Below are positions 7,689-16,274 of a DNA stretch of 64,000 bases, piece after piece. This DNA is from a virus, in the IMG/VR virus record IMGVR_UViG_3300028920_000039, positions 1-64,000 of that record. The stretch is one strand, 5' to 3'. Position 1 is the first letter of the stretch; every line of letters starts with the position of its first letter. A program made the position numbers and the translations under genes. The notes under the pieces were generated by a model, which was not told the origin of the DNA, did not search any database, and saw only the letters and a list, made by a program, of their open reading frames with translations.

Positions 7689-9362
7689 ATGAAGCTCGAA
7701 ATTGGCAGAAACATCATGAAGATTATGGTGGAGGAGTTCGGTTCCGAGAACCCCGCCTTCATGACTCAATATTCGTATGGCAGTGAAAATATCGACTCCC
7801 ACCACTTGACGGAGGAGGAGCTCGAGCAGCTCAAGACGATCTGTTCCAGGAAAGAGCATTCCGTCGATATCAACAATCGCCGGGTTGTGCGAGGAATCAA
7901 GTCTCTGCAGAAGCTCGCCAAGGAAGGTAACGACAAGCCGATCGGTCGTTTACAGGCGATGACGGAGGCTATCACCAACTATCTGATGCCCCTTCCCCAT
8001 CACTGGATATTCGTAGAGGACGAATTCTCGGCTGTCATGAAGCCCTATTTCGTGAAAACCATCGAGTATCATCCTCCGCACCAGCGAAGTGAAGACGATT
8101 ACGTTCCTGCTTACATTGAGTTGAAGGCAGTAGGCTGGTGTCGTGGGCAGAGGGTTACAGCTGGGGAAGCCGTTCATCAGGAGGATCTGCAGGGAGGAAT
8201 CACCGTTGGAGAACTCCTCGGAAACATCGGTTGGATTCCTGAAACCGAAGAGATGGTTGTCGAACATGAGAAGTACGTTGCCTACTACAATGAATGCTGC
8301 GATAAGATGGGCGAACAGTTTCTTGGATACGGTGTTTGCAAAGCCGGTTCTGATAACTGGCAGGATGAAATCGTCGATCTTGAGAAGCACGGCATGCCTT
8401 CCAAGCTAGTGATGGACAATGACCAGGAACGAGGCAGTCGCAGTCGTAGAGGCAGGGACGACACCTCCCCTATCATTACCTGCACTCTCTGGTGTAAGAA
8501 GCCAGTGAATCTGGAAGACGAAGACGACGTGGACGAAGATGCTACAATTCGTTTGCCTGTCCATCCGATCGTTCAGGTCTTCATTCTTTCTCTGCATGAG
8601 TACGCCAAGATCCACGTCGCCAACATTAAGGACTACGACTACGACGAGAAGATGGCGGACAAGCTGGTTCTGTCGGATGATCGTCGGGAACTTATCGATC
8701 TGCTGATTGGATCCGAGCGAGATGGTTACAGCGACATTGTTGAAGGCAAAGGCAAGGGTGTTATCATCTTGACGTCGGGCCCTCCTGGCACTGGCAAGAC
8801 GCTGACCGCCGAAGTCTTCTCAGAGAAAGTGCATAAGCCGTTGTATATAGTGCAGTGCTCGCAGCTTGGTACTGATCCTGATGAGCTGGAAAAGCATTTG
8901 GCCGATGTGCTTGAGAAAGCCACTCGGTGGGACGCCATTTTGCTTATCGACGAAGCCGATGTCTATATACATGAACGCGGTGATGACGTGGATCAGAACG
9001 CCATCGTTGGCGTTTTCCTACGGCTGCTTGAGTACTACAGCGGAGTGCTTTTCCTAACTACCAACAGGGCAACTGTTATCGACGATGCCATCATCAGTCG
9101 TGTTATGGCGCATATACGATATGACCTGCCTACCTACGACGAGAAAGTCAAGCTCTGGAAGGTTCTATCCGAGCAGTATGGGGTTAAGCTCAGTGCTGAG
9201 CTTCGAAATGATCTTGCCAAGGAGAAGCTGTTTAAGAGAATCTCCGGCAGGTCCATCAAGCAGTTGTGCCGCCTGGGTAAGGCTCTGGCAGCTCGTCGCG
9301 AATGTGAAATAGATGCGAACCTGATCAAGTGGGTTGCACGGTTCCAGGACATCGAATTATGA
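7689..9362 (+). CDS. AAA+ ATPase with long N-terminal domain
   Basis: Walker A GPPGTGKT, Walker B LLIDEAD, sensor FLTTNR. Confidence 0.9.
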   Translation: MKLEIGRNIMKIMVEEFGSENPAFMTQYSYGSENIDSHHLTEEELEQLKTICSRKEHSVDINNRRVVRGIKSLQKLAKEGNDKPIGRLQAMTEAITNYLMPLPHHWIFVEDEFSAVMKPYFVKTIEYHPPHQRSEDDYVPAYIELKAVGWCRGQRVTAGEAVHQEDLQGGITVGELLGNIGWIPETEEMVVEHEKYVAYYNECCDKMGEQFLGYGVCKAGSDNWQDEIVDLEKHGMPSKLVMDNDQERGSRSRRGRDDTSPIITCTLWCKKPVNLEDEDDVDEDATIRLPVHPIVQVFILSLHEYAKIHVANIKDYDYDEKMADKLVLSDDRRELIDLLIGSERDGYSDIVEGKGKGVIILTSGPPGTGKTLTAEVFSEKVHKPLYIVQCSQLGTDPDELEKHLADVLEKATRWDAILLIDEADVYIHERGDDVDQNAIVGVFLRLLEYYSGVLFLTTNRATVIDDAIISRVMAHIRYDLPTYDEKVKLWKVLSEQYGVKLSAELRNDLAKEKLFKRISGRSIKQLCRLGKALAARRECEIDANLIKWVARFQDIEL

Positions 9363-9435
9363 AGAAGAAACGCAAAGGCCTCAAGCGATCGAGCTACAAC
9401 CGTCTGAAAGTGAAAGGCGGCGCCAAGGAGATGCG

Positions 9436-11364
9436 ATGAAGAAACACAGGGAGATAGCCGATCTAGAGTGGCAGATCCGCCAAGCCAACATCGCCTACTA
9501 CGATGAGGACGATCCTGTCCTTACTGACTCTGAATACGACAAGCTCAAGCAGCAGCTAGAAGAGTTGGATCCTGGCAATCCAGTTCTTCTGGAGATCGGT
9601 AACCCTACCTACGGCGAGAAGTTCACTCACGAGTCCATGATGTGCTCACTCAAGAAGTGTCACACCGCCCAAGAGATTCTCGACAAGTTTTATGGTCGAG
9701 TCGTCGTTATGATGCCGAAGGTTGACGGCTTCTCATTGAGTCTGCACTATGATCACGGGTCTTTGAAGACAGCAGTCACGCGTGGTGATGGTCACATCGG
9801 AGAGGTTGTTACGCCAAATGTGGTGCGAATGTTAGGTGTTCCTCTTGAGATCTATCACAAAGAGAAGGTAGAGATTCGAGGGGAAGGCTACATCTCGCCG
9901 ACGGACTTTTACGGAATCATGGATCGAAAGGGGTATGCGGGTAAAGACAATGGTTTTGCCAACCCTCGCAACGCCGCAGCCGGCTCAGTTCGTCAGAAGG
10001 ATCCCGCCATCACACCCCAGCGAAAAGTGAGGTTTGTGGCGTATCGTGTTCTTGGCGCCGGTTATGTTTATCACGACGACGCCCTTGCTTGGCTAGAAAT
10101 GCAAAACTTTCAGGTCACTCCTTACTGGTCATACAACCCTGTGTCGGAGGATGGGGTGCAGACGATGATTGAATCCATCAAGAACTATTCGGTACCGTTT
10201 GAAACTGATGGCATCGTCGTCATGCTTCAGAATCTGGAAGAGTTTGAAGCGGAAGGCGTCACCGGCAAGGAGCCCAAAGCAGCCCTTGCTTACAAGTTCG
10301 AAACGGAGAAAGCTGCTACAATGGTGGAGAACATCGTGTGGCAAACTGGTCGAACTGGTAAGATCACCCCTGTCGCCATTATCGAGCCGACGCACATCTG
10401 CGGCAGCACTGTTGCTCGAATCAGCCTACACAGCTTAGAGTGGCTCAGGAAAAAAGATGTTTGCATCGGTGACAAGATTCTCTTCGAGAAAGCCAATGAG
10501 ATCATTCCTGAGGTGGTGAAGGTTCTTCAAGAAGCGCCTGTTAGAGATATCAATCTACCTGAGTACTGCCCTGCGTGTGGCGGTGATGTAGCAGAAGAAG
10601 GCGCTGATCTAATGTGCAAGAACCCCGAATGCGATGCGCAGCTGATCAAGCATGTTCGTTTCATCTTGGAGACCTTGCGAATCAAAGGCATAGGTGAGAA
10701 CAGCATCGCCAAGATGTGCGACGGGGGTCTGGTCAATTACACTTGGCAGATCTTCGACATCACCGAGGAGAACCTGGTAGAGGTTGGTTTCGGACCCGGG
10801 GAAAGCAACAAGATGGCAGCGGCTGTCAAGCAGGTGAAAGCATCACCATCTCGTCTGATGGCTTGCCTTGGAATCAGAGGCTGGGGTGAGTCGATGTTTG
10901 AGAAGCTCTTCAAGAAGAGCCAGATCGCTGGACAGGATTGGTTGCTCCTATTTGCGGGTCTGTTTGACGACGGCAGAGAAGGTTTCGATGCTCACATTGA
11001 TAGTATGGGTGATGTTCGGCCTAGAGACCTTCGAGAAGGCCTGAGCTTACCTGATAAACAGGAACTTTTGTCTCGGCTACTGGAGAATGTGGAAGTTGAA
11101 TCCGCTGCTAAGAGCGGTGTTCTCGCCGGCAGCACTTTTTGCATCACAGGTTCACTGTCCAAACCACGTTCCCAGATAGCCGATGACATCAAGGCGGCTG
11201 GTGGGGTTGTGAAGGATTCAGTCACTAAGAACCTTGACTACTTGGTGGCTGGTTCCTCGACGGGCAGCAAGCTTGACAAAGCGAAAGCTGCGGGAGTGCT
11301 CGTGATCAAAGAAGGTGAGCTGTATGCAATGATGAGAGGAAAGCATGCGTCATTACTTCTGTGA
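9436..11364 (+). CDS. ligA: NAD-dependent DNA ligase
   Basis: YYDEDDPVLTDSEYD (domain Ia), KVDG adenylation motif, NPRNAAAGS, Zn finger CPAC...CKNPEC, C-terminal BRCT (FCITGSL...SVTKNLDYLVAG); start moved to the ATG after AAGGAG. Confidence 0.97.
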   Translation: MKKHREIADLEWQIRQANIAYYDEDDPVLTDSEYDKLKQQLEELDPGNPVLLEIGNPTYGEKFTHESMMCSLKKCHTAQEILDKFYGRVVVMMPKVDGFSLSLHYDHGSLKTAVTRGDGHIGEVVTPNVVRMLGVPLEIYHKEKVEIRGEGYISPTDFYGIMDRKGYAGKDNGFANPRNAAAGSVRQKDPAITPQRKVRFVAYRVLGAGYVYHDDALAWLEMQNFQVTPYWSYNPVSEDGVQTMIESIKNYSVPFETDGIVVMLQNLEEFEAEGVTGKEPKAALAYKFETEKAATMVENIVWQTGRTGKITPVAIIEPTHICGSTVARISLHSLEWLRKKDVCIGDKILFEKANEIIPEVVKVLQEAPVRDINLPEYCPACGGDVAEEGADLMCKNPECDAQLIKHVRFILETLRIKGIGENSIAKMCDGGLVNYTWQIFDITEENLVEVGFGPGESNKMAAAVKQVKASPSRLMACLGIRGWGESMFEKLFKKSQIAGQDWLLLFAGLFDDGREGFDAHIDSMGDVRPRDLREGLSLPDKQELLSRLLENVEVESAAKSGVLAGSTFCITGSLSKPRSQIADDIKAAGGVVKDSVTKNLDYLVAGSSTGSKLDKAKAAGVLVIKEGELYAMMRGKHASLLL

Positions 11365-11665
11365 CATAGATGGTACACTCACCCATGATGGCGGGAAAGC
11401 ATGGGGTGAGCCCAACCTGCAAATGATAGAAGCGGTTCGGAAGCTGGCTGAAGAGGAGTCGGTGGTGTTGTGGTCAGCTCGGGGCCGTATGTATGCCCAC
11501 AAATTTGCTGCAAAGTATGACATTCCGGTTGACTTCTGCTTGGGAAAGCCGGAAATGATCATTGATGACAGTCCTATCATTCGTCCTGAGCATCTGATGC
11601 CTCATTTTTCACCAGAACAGTTTCTCAAGTATATGGAGAAAAGAGATGAAAACCGTACAAGATGA
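11345..11665 (+). CDS. HAD-superfamily hydrolase-like protein
   Basis: CDIDGTL motif I; WSARG; IIDD. Confidence 0.75.
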   Translation: MRHYFCDIDGTLTHDGGKAWGEPNLQMIEAVRKLAEEESVVLWSARGRMYAHKFAAKYDIPVDFCLGKPEMIIDDSPIIRPEHLMPHFSPEQFLKYMEKRDENRTR

Positions 11666-11879
11666 CTTTGAAAGGAGATACCCCGCCATCAAGACGATGA
11701 GGTACTATTCTCGGTTCAATAACAACACACAGACGCTTTCGAAGCCCAAATGGTGGCAGAGGCTCTGGAGCCGGTTGACGAGACGCAAACGTTTCCGACG
11801 CCACCACCTGTTGATTTCAGGTTCGTCTTCTGGATCGTTTGTTGAGCTTGACTTTCGACGGATGAAAGGAGAAAACTAA
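11646..11879 (+). CDS. Small basic hypothetical protein
   Basis: Coupled ORF. Confidence 0.5.
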   Translation: MKTVQDDFERRYPAIKTMRYYSRFNNNTQTLSKPKWWQRLWSRLTRRKRFRRHHLLISGSSSGSFVELDFRRMKGEN

Positions 11880-11898
11880 AAGAAAATCAATTTTTTGG

Positions 11899-11927
11899 TT
11901 GACTTCTAGATGAGAATCGTCTAGAAT
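11899..11927 (+). promoter_or_regulatory. Sigma70-type promoter, near-copy of the 3113 promoter
   Basis: TTGACT-N17-TAGAAT; shares AAAAGAAAnTCAATTTTTTGGTTGACTT upstream and ACTTGTAACAAT downstream. Confidence 0.8.
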
Positions 11928-11958
11928 ACTTGTAACAATCAAAAAAGGAGGCACAGAG

Positions 11959-12588
11959 ATGCCGAGAGTACATCACGTGAAGAAGGCCCGGAAGCCGAAC
12001 CCAGTAGTTACTGTTGAGGACATCGCCCGGGCCAAGAGAGGAGAGGACCCCGAGGCAGCTTCTTACTATTACTGGGAGTTTCGCTTTGGCGGGAAGCGGT
12101 ACAGCAAGACCTATCCGAAACAAAGTCAGCTGACCCAGTCGGAGTTTCTTTCTCAGGTCTACGACCTGAACGAGCGAATAGAAGGGGTAGGCAGTGATGA
12201 TCCCGAAGTTGTTTTGTCTTCGGTGTCAGAAATCATTGATGAAATCGACGTACTTCGTGACGAGCAGCAGGACAAGCGAGACAGCATGCCTGATCAGCTG
12301 CAAGACAGTGAAGTCGGTGAGCTGCTGCAGAGCCGATACGATTCCTGTGATGATTGGCGTAACTCTTTGGAAGAGGTGTCTGATCGCTTAATAGAAGACG
12401 TGGGCAATGCCGGCGTAGAAGCAGAAGAAGCAGAAAAGGAAAGTATCGAAGAGGACCAGAAGTCTGACGGTGAATACACTGATGAAGAGGTGGAAAGCAG
12501 AGTGGAGGAGGCAGGCCAATTTGCTCGTGAAAACAAGATGCATGAATTGCTTGATGAGCTTCGGGCTTGCCAGTACGAAGGAGAATAG
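11959..12588 (+). CDS. Hypothetical protein (basic N-terminus, acidic helical C-terminus)
   Basis: AGGAGG RBS directly behind the promoter. Confidence 0.8.
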   Translation: MPRVHHVKKARKPNPVVTVEDIARAKRGEDPEAASYYYWEFRFGGKRYSKTYPKQSQLTQSEFLSQVYDLNERIEGVGSDDPEVVLSSVSEIIDEIDVLRDEQQDKRDSMPDQLQDSEVGELLQSRYDSCDDWRNSLEEVSDRLIEDVGNAGVEAEEAEKESIEEDQKSDGEYTDEEVESRVEEAGQFARENKMHELLDELRACQYEGE

Positions 12589-13093
12589 AATCCCATACTA
12601 TCGAACATACACTGAAAAAGACCCTCCTGCCGAAGGTCGAGCCAAGAAAGCGTGGGAGCTTTTCAAGCACTTTCGTCCGAGCAAGAAGATCAAAGAGATG
12701 TTCTACAGTCCTTCATGTGACATCGGAGACGAGAAACCGGTTCGAGCCTGGGTTGCATGGTATGGCACATTGTCTGGAATGGGGCCAGCCGGAGCCACTG
12801 CGAGAGAAGACTACAGCGAAATCCCGGCACATGATGTTACATACAAGCATTGGTACTTCATAACAGGACCAGAAGCAGAATACCACACTAAGGTTATGAG
12901 AGGAGGGAGAGATAAAACCATGACTACTAGAGATGAACTGAAGAAACAGATCGATGAGTCGAACAAGAACGACCTGCCGATAGCTCTCAGGGGCTACCAT
13001 CGAGCCGCTCGCATCTACGCCGAAGGCGGTGACAGACTGCGGCAGATGATCTGTCTTCGTATGGCTGCTCGTGTGGCCTCGCGAATGGCGTAG
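12554..13093 (+). CDS. Hypothetical protein; start uncertain
   Basis: Open frame filling the gap; no clear RBS. Confidence 0.55.
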   Translation: MSFGLASTKENRIPYYRTYTEKDPPAEGRAKKAWELFKHFRPSKKIKEMFYSPSCDIGDEKPVRAWVAWYGTLSGMGPAGATAREDYSEIPAHDVTYKHWYFITGPEAEYHTKVMRGGRDKTMTTRDELKKQIDESNKNDLPIALRGYHRAARIYAEGGDRLRQMICLRMAARVASRMA

Positions 13094-13153
13094 GCAGGAA
13101 ACCTGTAGAGATTCTAGACGAAAGTTGTATAACATACCGAAAGGAGATACAGC

Positions 13154-14167
13154 ATGCCAGCGGAAGTTGACTCGATGTTTTATACGGGAAAACCGCCGTG
13201 GCATGGTCTTGGCAAGGAACTCGCTAAGCCCGCCACGGCTGCTGAAGCGATTGAGGCGGCGGGCCTCAACTGGGATGTGAAGTGTGGCACGATACTTGTG
13301 AATGACTTCCAGGGTAAGAAGTCCGCCAAGGAGATCGTTATCCCAAATCACTTCGCTACTGTGCGAATGGACAAGCGAATTCCTCTCGGGATTGTGGGCA
13401 GGCTGTATACGCCTATTCAGAATCGAGATGCTTTTTCGTTCTTTGACAGTGTAATCGGAGAGAACCAGGCCATCTATCATGTGGCTGGGGCGCTCGGAAA
13501 AGGTGAGACGGTATGGATCCTGGCGAAGCTACCGAGTGACATTCGAATCGTAGGAACAGATGACATCATCAACAAGTATCTGCTTCTGACGAATCGGCAC
13601 GACGGTACTATGTCGCTGCGGATGTTCTTCACACCGATCAGGGTAGTTTGTCAGAACACCTTGAGTGCCGCCTTGAGCGTCAGGAAGGTTGGAGAAGGGA
13701 TCACTATTCGGCACTTCCCAGACATTCACAAGAAGGTGGAACAGGCGAAGCGGCTGTTAGGCCTTGCAGTAGATTACTACAAGGATCTGGCAGAGGCCTT
13801 TAATGAGCTGGCTCGCCATCAGATAGTTGAGACTTGGCTGGACGAGTATCTGGCGGAGGTTATGCCTTCGCCTTCCAACAAGGAACCCAGTACTCGGCTG
13901 CTCAACATTCGTGCCAACATGAAGAGTAGGTACAGCTCTGCTGCCAATTCACTCCCCGGTATTAGAGGAACCGCTTGGTCAGCATACAATGCTGTAACAG
14001 AGTTTGTTGACCACGGCAGGAGGGTGCCGAAGATTGATGAGGACAAGACTCGTCGGTTGGAAAGTGTGTGGATAGGAAGCGGTGCTCAGATTAAAGAAAG
14101 GGCTCTTAATTTGGCGTTGTTGAAGGTCGGTTCGCAGCCGATGACAGCATCTAAACGACAGGTTTAA
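13154..14167 (+). CDS. DUF932 / phage-plasmid-like protein (TIGR03299 type)
   Basis: VDSMFYTGKPPWHGLG, YTPIQNRDAF, LTNRHDGT, TPIRVVCQNTL, GTAWSAYNAVTEF. Confidence 0.9.
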   Translation: MPAEVDSMFYTGKPPWHGLGKELAKPATAAEAIEAAGLNWDVKCGTILVNDFQGKKSAKEIVIPNHFATVRMDKRIPLGIVGRLYTPIQNRDAFSFFDSVIGENQAIYHVAGALGKGETVWILAKLPSDIRIVGTDDIINKYLLLTNRHDGTMSLRMFFTPIRVVCQNTLSAALSVRKVGEGITIRHFPDIHKKVEQAKRLLGLAVDYYKDLAEAFNELARHQIVETWLDEYLAEVMPSPSNKEPSTRLLNIRANMKSRYSSAANSLPGIRGTAWSAYNAVTEFVDHGRRVPKIDEDKTRRLESVWIGSGAQIKERALNLALLKVGSQPMTASKRQV

Positions 14168-14175
14168 CGTCAGCA

Positions 14176-14273
14176 CGACCGAAGGCGATGGGGGTAGGTT
14201 GCTATAACAATCCTGGGGCATGAAAGAGGTGGTGGACGCGCCTACCTCGCCTACACCTCACCGCCGGAGGTCG
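14176..14273 (+). ncRNA. Unassigned structured intergenic RNA, possibly pseudoknotted
   Basis: CGACC/GGTCG, GGCGA/TCGCC and GGTAGG/CCTACC helices plus crossing GAGGTG/CACCTC. Confidence 0.4.
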
Positions 14274-14296
14274 AACAGTTACAAGAAAACAAATGA

Positions 14297-14491
14297 ATGG
14301 AGTATAACATGAGTGACCCTGTGGAGAAGAAACAGGAACTTCGGAAGAAGCTTGAGAACCTTCTGCGCCGGCAGAAGCAGAAGATTCGAGACAAGGAAAA
14401 CGCTGCTGCGGCTTACAATGATGAGCTTCGGCAGATTCGAAAAGAGATTGACGAGACTCTCAAGGAGATCGACAGTCTCAATAGTGTTTGA
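14297..14491 (+). CDS. Small coiled-coil protein
   Basis: Heptad-rich 64-aa ORF. Confidence 0.65.
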   Translation: MEYNMSDPVEKKQELRKKLENLLRRQKQKIRDKENAAAAYNDELRQIRKEIDETLKEIDSLNSV

Positions 14492-14566
14492 CGGAGAGTC
14501 GCCCAGTCTGGTTAGGGCACCTGCTTTGGGAGCAGGGGGTCGCTGGTTCGAATCCAGTCTCTCCGA
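14492..14566 (+). tRNA. tRNA-Pro(TGG)
   Basis: CGGAGAG/CTCTCCG acceptor, CCTGC-TTTGGGA-GCAGG anticodon arm, GTTCGAATC T-loop. Confidence 0.95.
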
Positions 14567-14567
14567 C

Positions 14568-14644
14568 GGGCGGGTAGCTCAGACGGTAGAGCGTGGGGTT
14601 GAAAACCCCAGACAGCGAGGATTCGATCGCCTCCCTGCCCACCA
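14568..14644 (+). tRNA. tRNA-Phe(GAA)
   Basis: GGGCGGG/CCTGCCC acceptor, TGGGG-TTGAAAA-CCCCA, encoded CCA; irregular T-stem. Confidence 0.9.
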
Positions 14645-14726
14645 GTTGAAAGGACCGAGACAATGCGCAAGAGGATCGGAAAGGAGGACCCATGATGGCA
14701 CCAGTATAGAAAGGAGGTGATCCATC

Positions 14727-14924
14727 ATGGGTGGCAAGTCACAGAAATCCAAGAAGTCGAAGCGTCCTGACACACGTCCGGGGCGGAGTCGTTATTGGAG
14801 TAGTGGTCGTCTTGCAAAGAACAAGGTTCGCAATCTTGTAAGACACAATGGGTTTGCTTCGGAAGCAGAAGCTGCTGTCTTTTGGCGTAGTGTTCGTTCC
14901 AAGCGAATCAAGAAGGCTGGTTAA
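14727..14924 (+). CDS. Small highly basic protein
   Basis: AAGGAGGTGA RBS; K/R-rich. Confidence 0.7.
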   Translation: MGGKSQKSKKSKRPDTRPGRSRYWSSGRLAKNKVRNLVRHNGFASEAEAAVFWRSVRSKRIKKAG

Positions 14925-14932
14925 ACAGCGTT

Positions 14933-15007
14933 TGCCCAGTAGCACAATTGGTAGTTTGCACCTGACTGTTAATCAGGTTGTTGAAGGTTCGAGTCCTTCC
15001 TGGGCAG
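14933..15007 (+). tRNA. tRNA-Asn(GTT)
   Basis: TGCCCAG/CTGGGCA acceptor, CCTGA-CTGTTAA-TCAGG, GTTCGAGTC. Confidence 0.93.
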
Positions 15008-15014
15008 TGTTTTG

Positions 15015-15120
15015 GAGCCTCACAACGGACAAGGCTTAGGCCCGTGAGCGAATCCGGAGCCAACCGGGTACTAAAGGCATCGCAAACCGGGGTGGGAAGC
15101 GAGTGGTTGACCAGAGGCTC
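15015..15120 (+). ncRNA. Unassigned ~105-nt structured RNA between tRNA-Asn and tmRNA
   Basis: GAGCCTC/GAGGCTC closing helix; internal CAACC/GGTTG and TCGC/GCGA helices. Confidence 0.45.
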
Positions 15121-15136
15121 TTTGTTCTTTGAAAAT

Positions 15137-15469
15137 GGGGGCGACTGGTTTCGACGTATAAGTTGAAGCTACTGTTGCGTGTCGAGGAATGGTAAGGCTG
15201 GCCTCGTAAAAAGCCTTCCGTCTTCAGAAGTGCCGATGCACCGATGAAAATGGCGGCTTGACCGCCTGGGGTTGATGGAAGCTATTCCTGGGAGTACTGA
15301 AAGCCCGACTAGCTACGCAGGAAGAACCCTTCCGCTTGAAGGTACCATAGCACCGGATTGGTGAGCCGGCTCCAAAAGTAACCAAAGAAGTTGCCGGTCG
15401 TAACCGGATATGCACGTAGAAGCGGTAGTGGAGCTTAGACGGACATGGGTTCAATTCCCATCGCCTCCA
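15137..15469 (+). ncRNA. ssrA: tmRNA (one-piece), predicted tag (A)ADAPMKMAA
   Basis: 5' GGGGGCGACTGGTTTCGAC; acceptor GGGGGCG/CGCCTCC with G3.U70 and discriminator A; T-arm ATGGG-TTCAATT-CCCAT; tag ORF 15232..15261 ending AA-stop. Confidence 0.92.
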
Positions 15470-15482
15470 TTAATTTGAAAGA

Positions 15483-15559
15483 TGAGGGGTGCTAGCAATT
15501 GGTAGCTAACCGGGCTCATAACCCGGAGGTTGCGGGTTCAATTCCCGCCCCCTCAACCA
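15483..15559 (+). tRNA. tRNA-Met(CAT), initiator-like
   Basis: CCGGG-CTCATAA-CCCGG with three G-C pairs typical of fMet; encoded CCA. Confidence 0.9.
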
Positions 15560-15564
15560 ATAAA

Positions 15565-15918
15565 ATGAAAGACTACAAACAGCATGTTCACTACGACACA
15601 TCTGGCTTGTCACTAGATGACAAAGTCAGAATGTGTAGAGCAGCATACGCTCTTTGCTATAAATGGTGGGTGGATGTGTTGAGTCACTCGAATAGCTGGC
15701 AAAGGCAGAAGATTGAAATGTCGTTTGATGAGGTGATGGCTCATCTGTCCGAAACAGCTCATTTCACAGTTATTCATCGTAATCGTAAGTGGATAGGTGA
15801 AAGAGATTGCTTGGAGGTGGGCTTCTGCACCTTGAGCAGTCCTGAGTACTTTTTGTGGATGGAGGTTGCAGTCGAGTACGAATATGTGTTCGTAAAAGAT
15901 TTACCAGTTTTGTGTTAG
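15565..15918 (+). CDS. Hypothetical protein inside the tRNA array
   Basis: MKDYKQHV start after tRNA-Met; the upstream extension in the track overlaps the tRNA. Confidence 0.7.
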   Translation: MKDYKQHVHYDTSGLSLDDKVRMCRAAYALCYKWWVDVLSHSNSWQRQKIEMSFDEVMAHLSETAHFTVIHRNRKWIGERDCLEVGFCTLSSPEYFLWMEVAVEYEYVFVKDLPVLC

Positions 15919-15993
15919 TCCCCGTAGTCTAGTGGTTAGGACACCAGATTTTCACTCTGGTAATCGCAGGTTCGAATCCTGTCGGGGACACCA
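15918..15993 (+). tRNA. tRNA-Glu(TTC)
   Basis: GTCCCCG/CGGGGAC acceptor, CCAGA-TTTTCAC-TCTGG, CCA. Confidence 0.93.
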
Positions 15994-16003
15994 GTTTTGT
16001 TGT

Positions 16004-16082
16004 GGACGCGTAGCTCAGTTTGGTTAGTAGCACCTGTCTGATACACAGGGGGTCGGTGGTTCAAATCCACCCGCGTCCACCA
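16004..16082 (+). tRNA. tRNA-Ile(GAT)
   Basis: GGACGCG/CGCGTCC acceptor, CCTGT-CTGATAC-ACAGG, CCA. Confidence 0.93.
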
Positions 16083-16090
16083 AAAGCAAT

Positions 16091-16162
16091 TTGGAGGTAG
16101 CTCAACGGTTAGACCATCGGGTTGTGGTCCCCGGGATGAGGGTTCAATTCCCTCCCGTCAAC
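16091..16162 (+). tRNA. tRNA-His(GTG), degenerate or possibly pseudo
   Basis: TTGTGGT anticodon loop, GAGGG-TTCAATT-CCCTC T-arm, C discriminator; mismatches in acceptor, D and anticodon stems. Confidence 0.6.
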
Positions 16163-16167
16163 TTTAA

Positions 16168-16241
16168 GGGCCTGTAGTGTAATGATAGCACACGAGGTTT
16201 TGGTCCTCGGGGATTTGGTTTAACTCCAGACAGGCCTGCCA
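16168..16241 (+). tRNA. tRNA-Gln(TTG)
   Basis: GGGCCTG/CAGGCCT acceptor, CGAGG-TTTTGGT-CCTCG, CCA. Confidence 0.88.
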
Positions 16242-16274
16242 TATCGCTATGAAACTTGTAAGATATGTGAGGAG

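Noticed and set aside
15499-15564. N-terminal extension of the 15499..15918 ORF
   Set aside because: Overlaps tRNA-Met; the real start is ATG 15565
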